A stretch of DNA of 64,000 nucleotides, taken from Octopus sinensis. Its lineage: Eukaryota. Made by a program: the position numbers and the translations under genes. Shown one piece after another: positions 25,844 to 38,033 of the stretch; the stretch's first letter is position 1, and the number at the start of each line of letters is the position of its first letter. Location of the stretch: positions 202,616,001 to 202,680,000 of the forward strand of contig NC_042998.1 of NCBI RefSeq assembly GCF_006345805.1. Direction: 5' to 3'. The notes below the pieces were generated by a model, which saw only the letters and a list, made by a program, of their open reading frames with translations, was not told the origin of the DNA and searched no databases.

Positions 25844-25850
25844 TATATCT
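25090..25850. repeat. Degenerate (CAT)n/(CGT)n/(CAC)n low-complexity tract with an internal duplication of about 220 bp
   Basis: CATCATGAATATCATCATAGTTATCATCAATTTCC at about 25182 and 25403. Confidence 0.85.
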
Positions 25851-26499
25851 AAAGCGAATCTACTTTAATGATTCAATCATGCTTACTTTGATTCGAGAAA
25901 ATTATCATGTTTGAGATTTATCCATGTTCAAGCATAAATTTCACATTCTTCCCCTTCATCTATTAACCACCGCCAACTTTCAGGCGAGCAGTCTATTAAC
26001 ATAAGCTATTCTGTACTTCTAAAAGGAAAAAAAAATACATTTGCTTCAACTTAGAGTCTGAGGAAACACCAAGATAACATTTGTAATTATCTGCCAGGCG
26101 CTACATTTGTGATTGGGATATTTATCATAGAATGTTCCATCATTGTATATCGTGTACTCTCGTATGTTAAACAACTACTCATTACGCATAGTTGCTCGTA
26201 TGGTATTTGTAGATATGTATGTATGTGTGTGTGTGAATGCGTAATATATATATATGCACATATAAAATATATATGCATATACATATGTATATCTGTATGT
26301 ATATATTTATATGCATATACATACACATATATATATATATGTATGTATATATAAATATATCCATATATGTGTGTGTATATATATATATATTCATATATGT
26401 ATGAAATATATATATATATATGTGTGCATATATGTATGTATATATATATATATATGTGTGTGTGTGTGCATATATGTATATACATATATATATATGCAT

Positions 26500-26693
26500 G
26501 TATTTGTGTGTCTGTGCTTGTCCTTCCATCATCGCTTGACAACAGATGCTGGAGTGTTTACCTCCCCATAACTTAGCGGTTCGGCAAAAGAACCGATAAC
26601 ATATGTACTGGGCTGTATTTGTTCGACTAAAGTCGGCGCTCCAGCAGCGCCGCAGTCAGATTTCTGAAACAAGTGAAATATAAGAGAATAAAA

Positions 26694-26700
<7 letters not shown>
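26500..26700 (+). mobile_element. SINE family C, 3' fragment
   Basis: AACTTAGCGGTTCGGCAAAAGAACCGATA..GCGCTCCAGCAGCGCCGCAGTCAG..CTGAAACAAG, homologous to the copies at 51875-55208. Confidence 0.75.
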
Positions 26701-26736
<36 letters not shown>

Positions 26737-26819
26737 ATATATATATGTGTGCATATATGTATGTATATATATATATGTATGTATATATATATATGTATGT
26801 ATATATATATATATAATAT

Positions 26820-26851
<32 letters not shown>

Positions 26852-27136
26852 GATATATATATATTATATATATATATATATATAAAATGAACACTTGTTT
26901 CATAAGACATGCAAAATATCAATTACGTGTTCATAAAACTTTGTTATGGGAACAAATGCCGCCGGCTCCACTTGGCGTGTATTGCCGAAGAAAGGGGCCG
27001 ATAGCATTACTTCACGTAACTGCGTGTTATATACACGTCACTAATGTTAATTCTTCCTGTTGGTTTAATCCACATGAATATGCATAACTCACAAAGTACC
27101 ACTTGATAGAAAGAATGAAAAAGGAAAGAAAGAAAG

Positions 27137-27194
<58 letters not shown>

Positions 27195-27329
27195 GAGGAA
27201 AATCAGCTTCGACATTAACTACAGTAATCGAACATCTTGGTCTACTAAAGACTGTATAGCCTTCTAATGACAACACCAATGTAACGGCGTACTTTCTACA
27301 GTTCAAATCAGAAGCCTTTGACGAAAGGT

Positions 27330-27958
27330 GGTGCAACGGCGACGATCTGGAAACGAAGCAGTAATCAAGTCAATGGAAGCATTCAATGTCACCCCGCTCC
27401 CCAAAAAAGCGTGTGAAGTGAAGTCCAGTGTAAAAACGATGCAGATTTGTTTCATTGATGTGAAAGGAATTGTTCACACAGAATTTGTTCTTCCTGGTCA
27501 AACTGTTTACCAGACATTTTCGAGACGCGGTAAGATGACCCCCCCCCCGCCCGCCGGGTGGCAAAGTGCAGAGTGGTGATCTCATCATGACAATGCGCCT
27601 CCCCACATCGCCTTCAGTGTGAAACAGGTTTTGACTAAAAATGGCAGGACACCCGCTTAACCACCCTTATTCACCCGATCTTGCTCCCCGCGACATTTTT
27701 TATTACCCCGAATGAAAAAATTCCTTGAAAGAAAACGTTTTGCGGATGTGGGAAAGGTGAAGAAAAAAAACCACAGACGCGTTAAGAGGCATCACTTCGC
27801 AAGAGTTAAAGGACTGCTTCGTACAGTGGAAAACACGTCTCGACCGATGCATTGCTTCAGATGGAGAATATTGTGAAGGCTAAAAGAATGTAAACGTGTA
27901 AAGCTAAGTAAATAAATTAATATTGCAAAATTCTGGTTTCTTTTTGGTACCTCCTCAT
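27330..27958 (+). mobile_element. Mariner transposon 3' fragment
   Basis: KTMQICFIDVKGIVHTEF, HHDNAPPH, YSPDLAPRD-like region, KRFADV; 3' TIR-like TTTTTGGTACCTCCTCATA. Confidence 0.85.
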
Positions 27959-28029
27959 ATTTTAATTCCACTAACAACTGATGGGGCTAGCATAATCACA
28001 CAAGCATGCACACCGGCAAGTAGTATTGC

Positions 28030-29800
28030 TAATAACTCTTCCCTCATTGCCTAGACAGCCAAGCGCTAGCATTTAAAGGACCAGCGAAATCGAAGTGTAG
28101 TCTTGACCACGGAACATTTACTTCTTAAAACAGGCTGTCCTAGAAGTAGAAATTTTAAAGTCTATCTATTGTATGAATACTAGTGATACCATGTGACCTG
28201 TCGTCACCGATATAAGTCCAATGTTCATAGCCATCTTGAACTTTCTGCAATTCCATCAGCTTATGCCCGAAGATCTAGTTTCGTTTTACCAGGCACACCG
28301 AACTTTAAGTACCATGAAGCCGAATGGAACTGTTATTAAATATGTGCAATTCCTAAAAGTGTGTTGAGAACCACTTTATTCGTTTGTACACACACACTCT
28401 TACATACATACATGCATACACGCCCCCCCCCCCATATATATATATATATATATATATATATCCTTAAAACGTTGGATTGATATAACGCCCACTTAGGTAT
28501 ACAGTGCACGTAGTAAAGCCACTAAAGACACGACAATCTGTGGCCGACTTCTACGTACTCTGGTACTTCACGTACTTCTTTTTATTTATAGTGACTAGGC
28601 TATTCCATTCGTCACGTGGAAGATGCGTACCATTATTACTAATTCCCTACAACGTCTCTCCTTTTAAGTTTTTCTTAGGAAGTGTCATTTTATTTAGCAA
28701 TATTTTTTAATAGAGTTCTATCTTTAAGAGATGAGGAATTATGTACATTATTTACATATTTTTATTCACCGCCACCTCCTTTCTTTGAGCTTTTGATTTT
28801 TCGTACAATATAATATTTTTTGCGCCAGGTATCTATTTTCAGAAGCTCTCTATATTTTCTTTTCCTCTTACTTGTACGCTAGGGTTCAATCAGCTGCAGT
28901 GGCGTTGGTACTTGGAATGCATCGTACAAATATTCCATCGATTCCTCCAGCTTCTTTGGTTTGTTATACACGCATCTCTTTTTCAGTTGGTTCTTGTGTG
29001 TCTTTTGTATGCCTTTTCTACTTTTTACCCAATACCTCATTTTACCTATGCATTTGGTAATTACGCCATCTTCCTAACTCTGCTTTCCATTCTTGTATGC
29101 CCTCGTATACACCTTTTCACCAACTTTAAAGACCCTTGCTGTGACTTCCCGGCACATTTCCTTTTCTTGCTAGGTAACAACTTATCAAAGACTGATTTTA
29201 CTTTCCTTCTAAGCATCAGCTCCGCTAGTTAGCTACCTGCTGGTGTATTTGGATTTGGTGTTACAAGGTACACTCTTTAAAATGGTTGTTGAGATACCTC
29301 ATCCACGACTTCCTTATTCGATTTCCTAAGGGCTCTTTTGAAGGTAAATTAGATCTGGAATGGTATGGCGCCGTAGTTATGTGTTCTACTACGAATGTTT
29401 CACAATTTTTTTACATTCGCTAGACACAAATTACGTTCCATTGTCAAACTTGTCTAGGATGCTAAATCTTTCAAAAAATTAGTGTAAAAATTTATCACAG
29501 TTGAGGAGGCTGGTTTTTATATTTGCGAATTTCAGGCCATTTCGAAAACTACCAACTACTTCTGAGTAGCAAGAGCCATTTAAAGGACCAGCGAAATCGA
29601 TGTGTAGTCTCGACCACGGCACATCTACTTTTAAACGATGTTTACTTTTTATTGTGGGCATATTTTTAATTCATTTTGGCTTACACTTCAAATAGTTCCA
29701 TCCACCCTGTGCCGAATAAATGAAGTGAAAATATTTTAACACATATATCTTTGCCTTTTTCGCTTGACCTCGAAATTTTACATTACATACGAATTCACCG
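28030..29800 (-). mobile_element. Gypsy-type LTR retrotransposon remnants (integrase, PPT, 3' LTR, second integrase fragment)
   Basis: PWSRLHIDFAGPLNG (29479-29661); PWSRLHFDFAGPLNA (about 28050-28120); purine tract AAAGAAAGGAGG then TG at 28774, LTR-like to about 28468. Confidence 0.75.
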
Positions 29801-29834
29801 AAAAAATATAATCTTTTTCTCGTAACATCATCAT

Positions 29835-29970
29835 ATAAATAATAATAATAATGATAATATTCGAAAAATACCTTAGGAATGAGAACCAGGTTCCAAATTT
29901 CTCCAAGACACCTGATGAAGGCTAGAGAGTATATCTACCCTTCAGCAACAAACAAGATGAGGTCAAGTAA
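29835..29970 (+). mobile_element. Repeat fragment with AAT tract and broken hammerhead core
   Basis: AATAATAATAAT..GAAAAATACCTTAGGAATGAGAACC..CCTGATGAAGGCTAG; the GAAA half of the core is missing. Confidence 0.4.
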
Positions 29971-30102
29971 TTTAAATCATATATATATATATATATGTAT
30001 GTTTAATTATATGTATGCATACTTGTGTGTATGCACATCTACATATACATAAGCAGGTAGGCATACATATGCGTATATATTATAATATATATATATAATA
30101 TA

Positions 30103-30137
<35 letters not shown>

Positions 30138-30144
30138 GATATAC

Positions 30145-30226
30145 TTTATTTAAAGCAGCAGAAAATTCAACAAAACTGTTACTCTGAGTAACAGGTTTTG
30201 TTGATTTTCTGCTGCTTTTAAATAAA
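30145..30226. repeat. Short fold-back palindrome of the Penelope-like terminus
   Basis: 40-bp arms around a single T at 30185 (GTTACTC-T-GAGTAAC). Confidence 0.9.
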
Positions 30227-30243
30227 ATATATATATATATAAT

Positions 30244-30304
<61 letters not shown>

Positions 30305-30384
30305 GGTAGGTTCTGTAAGTTTAGAGTGGATACTTGATAAGTGTAAGCATCTGTATATGCCAGATAGTGACAGAGGTGAGAGTA

Positions 30385-32470
30385 TATCAAACATAAATTA
30401 AAAACAGAACATAAAGGATATCGCGGTACACATGTTTCAAGCTTTATAAACCATCTGTTGTTACATCAGTGTATTATTGATATAAAAGATAGTTTAAAGC
30501 TCACTTCGGCCGCAAACATTGTTAGTCCAAAGATTACATCACATTTCAAAAGTACCGTAGTATTACCCATTATAATAGGTTTATCATATCTCTTTGCAAA
30601 GGTATATTTGTATAAAAGTTCATTGGATTTCAAACATCAGCTCATACTGTACCACCATTCAGCATAGTGTGAATGTTAAATATATTAGATTGAGTTTATA
30701 TTTAATTAGCGTATATAAGATAGAAAGAAAAAATAAAAGTTAAAAAATAAAGTAAGAAATAAAAGTAGTAGAAGTAAAAAACAAGAGTAATAAAAGGAAA
30801 AATAAGGATGATAAAGTTAGATACACATATGAATAAGATAAAATAAATCTTATTTATATGTGTATCTAACTTTATCATCTTTATTTTTATTTTTATTATC
30901 CTTATTTTTAATTTTATTACTCGTGTTTTTTACTTCTATTACTTTTATTTCTTAATTTATTTTTAACTTTTATTTTTTCTTGCTATCTTATACACGCTAA
31001 TTAAATATAAACTCAATCTAATAATTTTTTTTCGCTAGTTTCAGCTCGGAGCTGCGGCCATGCTGATACACCGCCGTTTTGTGCTACACTGTTATTGCGA
31101 AGAACCTCGTCTAACATGTGGCACTTGATGAAGAATGGAGTTTGATATAGCAACTCTCATTTGCACCTCTTGCCGTGAGGTAGGTTCATCTGGGGCTCTT
31201 GACAAGAAGATGTCCAGCTTTGATTTAAACACTGCTACATCTACTTTGTGCAAGTTCCTCAGACTCTTTGGGAGAATATTAAAAAGCTGTGGGCCCTTGA
31301 AACCCAGGCTGTTGCAGAAGCTGGTCCTGATGCGTGATGGCATTGCTGGGATCTTTGGCACCAGGCAGTGTCGTCCCGTTCTACAATGCCAAAATTTGGC
31401 ACAATTCCTTCCAGGATCTTCCAGACATATATTACTGCATACCTCTCCCGTCTTCTCTCCAGGGAGTAGAGTCTTAGCTGTTTCAACCTTTCCCAGTATC
31501 TGAGCTGTTGCAAAGAGACGATCTTCTTTGTGAATCTTCTCTGGATTGCTTCAAGGTCCGCTGTTAATTTTACACTGGTAGGTGACCATAGCTGTGAGCA
31601 GTAATCCAGGCGACTGAGGACGAATGTCCGCCAGAGGACCATCATGGTTTCCTTATCTCTGGTTCTGAATGTTCTTAGGATCCACCCAACCAGTCGTCTG
31701 CACTTTGTCGCCATCCTGGTAATGTGCACTTGGAAAGAGGTATCATCACTCATGTCGATACCCAGGTCCCTCACAGACTTAGGCTCTGCGATTGAAATTC
31801 CCTGTGGACCAGTGTATCCTGTAAGTTTAATATTCAGTTTTGGATGCTGGTAGCGCAGGGCCTGGAACTTTTCAGCATTAAACTGCATATTATTATCCTC
31901 AGCCCATCTGTAGATTGAGTCCAACTACTGCTGCAGGTGTGCAACATCGCTGGGGTTCTGTATTTTCTGCGAGACTTTCGTATCGTCTGCATAGCTGGCC
32001 AGAGTGGCTATCCAGGCATTGAGGGCATATCTGAGAGGGCCACTATAAAAGCAGTGGTCCCAAGACAGTGCCCGTGGTGAACACCGCTCCTATTGTGGGT
32101 TCATAGAGGTGGCTCCATTAACCACTATGCCTGACTCCTATCTTTCAGGAAGTCATGTAACCACACTGCAAGTTTTAACATTCACTCTATGCTGAATAGT
32201 GGTACAGTATGGGCTGATTTTTGAAATCCAATCAACTTTTATACAAATATACCTTTTCAAAGAGCTATGATAAACCTATTATAACGGGTAATAGTACGTG
32301 TACTTTTGATATTGTGATGTAATCTTTTGACTAACAATGTTTGCGGCCGAAGAGAACTTTAAACCATGTTTTATATCAATATTATACCTATGCTGATGTA
32401 ATAACAGATTGTTTAAAAAGCTTCAAACGTCTTCTGCGATATCATTTGTGTTCTGTTTTTAATTTATGTT

Positions 32471-32475
<5 letters not shown>
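30385..32475. repeat. Old palindrome of about 940 bp interrupted by a CR1 insertion
   Basis: 30385-30839 is inverted at 30847-31025 plus 32175-32475; loop AAAATAA; arms visibly diverged. Confidence 0.85.
31026..32174 (-). mobile_element. 5'-truncated CR1-clade LINE
   Basis: GTVLGPLLFI, YADDTK, MQFNAEKFQAL, VRDLGI, RLDYCSQLWSP, YSLERRRERY; 3' UTR and short A tail at 31026-31085. Confidence 0.88.
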
Positions 32476-32525
<50 letters not shown>

Positions 32526-32529
32526 TAGA

Positions 32530-32850
32530 GAAGACCCCTTCGGTCATGAATGACCATGGGATTGCACATAGAAAGTTACTCTCCGAGGCACAAGTCCGGG
32601 CGAGGTTGTTTATGGTAGGCCAGCAGTCGCCCATGCATACCAGCCTCCCATCTCCACACCACTGATGTTATCCAAGAGAAATGCAAAGGCTGATACAGCT
32701 TGGCACCAATGATGTCACAACTCATTTCTGCAGATGAGTTAACTGGAGCAACGTGAAATAAAGTGGCTTGCTCAAGAACTCATCACACAGCCCGATCCGG
32801 GAATCGAACTCACAATCTCGCGATCGTAAGCTCGACGCTCTAACCACTAT
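32530..32850 (-). mobile_element. tRNA-headed SINE with CORE-like domain
   Basis: TAGTGGTTAGAGCG (A box), GAGTTCGATTCC (B box), then TTGAGCAAGCCACTTTATTTCACGTTGCTCCAGTTAACTCATCTGCAGAAATG. Confidence 0.75.
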
Positions 32851-33038
32851 ATATGTATATATATACATGCATACATATATATATATACATACATACACAC
32901 ACAAACATATATATATATATATATACACATACACACATACAAACGCACACACACATATATATATTTATGTATATATATGTATGTATATATATGTATATAT
33001 ATATTATATTGTATATTATATCATATGTATATATATTA

Positions 33039-33123
<85 letters not shown>

Positions 33124-33166
33124 TGACTTAAACAGGATTCGAATAATCCTATCAGGTGGTGCTATT

Positions 33167-33222
33167 ACTTAGACATGGCCTGGACCAATCTTTGGTCGAA
33201 ACATATGTAAGTTTATCTAAGT
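33167..33222 (+). ncRNA. Hammerhead-like fold with a non-canonical core
   Basis: ACU UAGACAU GGCCUG GACCA-AUCUU-UGGUC GAAA CAUAUG UA AGU: palindromic stem III ACAUAUGU and GUA site, but no CUGANGA. Confidence 0.35.
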
Positions 33223-33226
33223 TTAT

Positions 33227-33263
<37 letters not shown>

Positions 33264-33513
33264 CAAACACGCACATTTATATACACACATACATACCGGA
33301 TCACATATGCGTACAAAACAGATATTTAATTCATAGAAAATAGAAAGCTAGACAGGTAGTATTTTGCATAAAGTAACTGGAAACATTACATTTATGTGTA
33401 AATAAAATGGATCGATACAGTGATAATTATATGGAGAGGTTTTGGTATATTCTGACAGGTCAGTTTGTGAATTGAAAAATACATGCATCGGTAGCTCTCT
33501 CCTCTCTCTCTCT

Positions 33514-33554
<41 letters not shown>

Positions 33555-33704
33555 GTATGTATATATATGTATGTATGTGTTATATATATATACATATATA
33601 TATATATATACATATATATAAATACATACATATATATATATACATATTATATACATATGTATATATATATACATATATATATACACATATATATATATAT
33701 ATAC

Positions 33705-33772
<68 letters not shown>

Positions 33773-33798
33773 CATATATATATACATATTATATATAC

Positions 33799-33857
<59 letters not shown>

Positions 33858-33968
33858 TAAATATTTTGTATTTGTCTATATAATTATAATTTTATATAAA
33901 TACGTACATACATGCATATTTGCACATATATATATGTATATATATATATATATCGAAAAAGAGAGGGG

Positions 33969-34005
<37 letters not shown>

Positions 34006-34408
34006 CTATGTGCTAACTGAAGGAGAGAGATAAATAGATTCGTTGATGAATAAATCATTTAAATCACATTATTTCGAAAACTGAAATAAGTTTATCTAGT
34101 TATCCAGATACGTTTACGGTTTGTTTCTTTTTTCACCATTACCTACAAAGTTTGTTCCTTATTTTGTATCTAAGTGCTATGTTAGGATATTTAGCTTACT
34201 AGTAATTATACAGCAATCACAATATATATATTCTAATTACATTCAATTATTTTCTAGTAACTGTACTAAAATCAGCAAAGGCTGGCCGACGTCTTCAACA
34301 CAAAATGAAATTCAAAACATTAAAAATTCACTCGTTACTCGCTCCTGCAACTTTTATCATTGGCCAGAGTTTAAGGTTCAATATATCGGTATTTATATTT
34401 ATATTTAA

Positions 34409-34633
34409 GGCGGCGAGCTGGCAGAAACGTTAGCACGTTAGCGGTATTTTGTCAGCGTTACGTTCTGAGTTCGAATTCCGCCGAGGTCGACTTTGCCTTT
34501 CATCCTTTCGGGGGTCGATAAATTAAGTACCAGTTACGCACTGGGGTCGATGTAATCGACTTAATACCTATGTCTGTCCTTGTTTGTCCCCTCTGTGTTT
34601 AGCCCCTTGTGGGTAATAAAGAAATAGGTATTT
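34409..34633 (+). mobile_element. SINE family A
   Basis: Same head, core and tail as the copy at 8087. Confidence 0.9.
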
Positions 34634-34942
34634 GTGGAGGCGCAATGGCCCAGTGGTTAGGGCAGCGGACTCGTGGTCGTAGGATCGCGGTTTCGATTCC
34701 CAGACCGGGCGTTGTGAGTGTTTATTGAGCGAAAATACCTAAAGCTCCACGAGGCTCCGGCAGGGGGTGGTGGCGATCCCTGCTGTACACTTTCGCCACA
34801 ACTTTCTCTCACTCTTTCTTCTGTTGGCCTGCTCGCTTAGCCAGCGGGGTGGCGTCATCTGAAGGCTAAAACAATGCGAAGCGCATTGTGACCAGCGATG
34901 TGTAACAGCATCTGATAGCCTGGTCGATCACGGTGACGGTGA
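34634..34942 (+). mobile_element. SINE family B (tRNA-derived), alternative 3' tail
   Basis: GTGGAGGCGCAATGGCCCAGTGGTTAGGGCAGCGGACTCG..GGTTTCGATTCCC; abuts the family A tail. Confidence 0.9.
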
Positions 34943-35464
34943 TATCGGTATTTTATATATTATCAAGTCATAAACTAAACTGCCTTGCACTCCTTAATAA
35001 CTTTAATGATCTTTAGGGAAATCTTTAATATCACAACTAGCCATAATCTTTAATATCACAACTAGCCATAATCTTATGCCCTGTGAAAATAGGTATCTAT
35101 TGTTTACTCATCTTTACGTAATAACTTACTTCGGTTTAGTTTATCTTAGTGTACCTATTCTATTTCATCGAATGTGTTTGATATGTGTTAACATCCACAA
35201 TGCGAATGCACAGCAATAAGTGAATATGTATCCCTATATATCCCTATATCGTTTCCCCTTCCTTTTCTTTCTCTCTCTCTCTTTTACTCTCTCACTCTCA
35301 TTCTCCCACTTACTCTCTCTCTCCCACTCTGCATATATATATATATATATTGATAGATAGATAGATAGATCGATCGATAGATAGACAGAGATATAGATAG
35401 CTAGATAGATCGATAGATAGACAGAGATATAGATAGCTAGATAGATCGATTGATAGACAGCGAT

Positions 35465-35498
<34 letters not shown>

Positions 35499-36594
35499 TT
35501 ACATGTTTTTTTGAGTAAAATACAGCCAAATATACGCAGTCTACAACTGGTCCCATATAAGAAGCTTCTCGAGAGTTTGTTACGTTACAGCCCCAGATCT
35601 GCAAAATTTTTCAGGGCTGATGAAAAAGAAAATGAAAAATTTAAAGATGTCTACCAGATGAAATGCGCTATCCTGTAACCATTGCTCTGGATATTGCTAA
35701 TATTCGCTCTCCTCGATATAGGTTAAATTGTGAAAAGAATTAAGAAAGAATATTGGCTAAATTTGTTTTGTGGACTTGAATTAATACAGTGAGATATTCC
35801 TCTAACTTTGAAAATTGAGTTTTCTATTTTTTGTTATGTGATGGCAAGCAGGGCATTCCCTGAGCGAAAGTGTATTGACTGCAGCTGCATTGAACACTTA
35901 TCTGGTGATCTACGTATTTATACATACGTAGTTGTGGATCTCGGTCACTCGACGATGTGTGACCAGAAGCTTGCTTCTCAGCTATATGGTTCGTGATTCA
36001 GCACCACTGCGTAGTTCCTTGGGCAAGTGTTTTCTACTATCGCCTTAAGCCGACCAAAGCCTTGTGAGTGGAATTGGTAGACAGAAACTGAGCCTGTCGT
36101 ATAGTTGTGGGTGTATGTACATATGGTGAGTGTGTATATATCTATATTTTGTATAAATATATATCTAGAATGAGAGAAAGTGAGAAAGAGAGAGAGGGGG
36201 CAGACAGTCAGAGAGAGTGTAACCATTTGTTATATATACATACAAATACACAGACACACAGACACACACAGACGCACCACCATCTCCACTATGGCTACTT
36301 CAGTCTACGGGATCTGACATTACGGAAACTGAAACATTACCATTAAGTTCGGATATGGTCTGTAATTTCGCGCTTACATAGACTCGAATTGCGTAGTTTA
36401 GATTGTTAACGAATTAAAGCAACACTTTCTTCTTAGTTTAACAGTCACTTGCATTTTAATTAAGCGTAAATTATATAGGTTAACGACATGAAAAACTATT
36501 GGTACATTATGCACATACATTCACATACAGACACATATCTGTATATCATGTACATAATGTGACTATGTATATATATATAATATATATATATAAT

Positions 36595-36626
<32 letters not shown>

Positions 36627-36642
36627 TTATATATATATATTA

Positions 36643-36724
<82 letters not shown>

Positions 36725-36774
36725 TATATAATATATATATATATATACAATATGTTACATTACTCGGTAGTCAA

Positions 36775-36835
36775 GATAAAACTCTGAGTTTCAGATGCCG
36801 AAGTGGAAATCCACAACACCATCTCTTCGGTTATC
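36775..36835 (-). ncRNA. Type I hammerhead variant (U4C, one-nucleotide register anomaly)
   Basis: GAUAA CCGAAGA GAUG..GUGG-AUUU-CCAC..CAUC U GAAA CUC-A-GAG UU UUAUC; 5-bp stem I perfect; flanked by a 15-bp inverted repeat (36748-36762, 36852-36866). Confidence 0.6.
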
Positions 36836-37779
36836 TGGCTATTTCTATTTCTAATGTAACATATTGTATAGATAAATTTCCTCTATTTACATAATATTGA
36901 GGTCTCTTTCTTTCTTTTGTTATCTTACCGTTTTATCAATATATAAATATATATATATATATATATGGAAGTCTATGAGAATTACTTAATACAGTTTTCA
37001 AGTGAAAGGTGATTTTTTTGATTATTTTTTTTAATTATGTTATAAAATCTTTTATCAGGATATTACTAAACGTTTTGGAAAAGAAGTGTTTTTTTTTCCC
37101 CTACGGTGTGATCACTTTCTCGTTGTGTGTATGTGTGTGCGCGTGCTTGTATATGCATGCATGCTTGTATATACGTTTGTATGTTCTCTTTCTATTTTTA
37201 ATTCAGAGTAAATTTTGATTAGCCTCCTACTTGGTAACAAGGTTATGAAGAAAAGCATCATGTTTTGTTTATCATGCTTTAAATCTTAAGAAGATCTGGT
37301 CGATCTTTATAGTCCCAGGTGCCATTTGTAGTGTATGAATTAAGAACGCAAGTTCAAACATACTTTGCTCCAGACGGATTGGCATGTACCATGTTGCTCC
37401 ACTAGTAACAGCTACGAAACTGAAAGAGTAGCTTCGGTACTGGATTTCCAAACTTTTTATTTATGGTCAATAAATGTTTGATTTTTCTAGGATTTTTGGG
37501 ACCACATCAGTATTTCGAGAGGTAGCTGATCTCCACAACAGAATATATATTTTCCTTGTGGTCCCAACAAAAATATCTCGCCGTTTTTTTTTTGTATTTT
37601 TACATTCAACCAATATTCTTTTGACTCGCCGGGCCCAATATAGTTAACTTCGTCAATAGGTGTTTTCATTTTTGTTATCGGGCTCCATACCGGTCTGGCT
37701 ACTGAATCATGCCTCCAAGGGAAATAATATCTAGAAGACATTCTCTGGCAGTTGGCGGTATGTATGTATGAATGTCATT

Positions 37780-38030
37780 ATTTCTTGCCAATAGAAAAAG
37801 AGCCAGTCTCCAACCTAGATCCAAGGCTCCTTCATTGGAATTTCAACATCAACAAGAGGGTATTTTTATATGTATGTATGTACTATGTATGTATGTATGT
37901 ATGTATGTATGTATGTATGTATGTATGTATGTATGTATGTATGTATGTATGTATGTATGTGTATGTTTTGTTTTATGTATATACTCTCATACATATAGTT
38001 GCATGCCTAGGCATGCTCATGTATACTTAA
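37780..38030 (+). mobile_element. Unclassified short repeat with internal (TATG)n; second copy at 46660-46930
   Basis: CCAATAGA..AACCTAGATCC.AGGCTCCTTCATTGGAATTTCAACATCAACAA..(TATG)n..CCTAG.CATGCTCATGTATA shared by both copies. Confidence 0.7.
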
Positions 38031-38033
38031 ATG

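Noticed and set aside
29905-29950. CTGATGA hammerhead core
   Set aside because: No GAAA or stem III follows; relic only.
30420-30480. Hammerhead-like relic in arm X (minus) and X' (about 32385-32430)
   Set aside because: The core is CTGATGT and stem I does not pair; too decayed to call.
34634-34710. tRNA genes at SINE heads
   Set aside because: A and B boxes are present, but I see no complete cloverleaf and each continues into a multi-copy SINE body.
35610-35645. CTGATGA..GAAA
   Set aside because: No stem II or stem I pairing.
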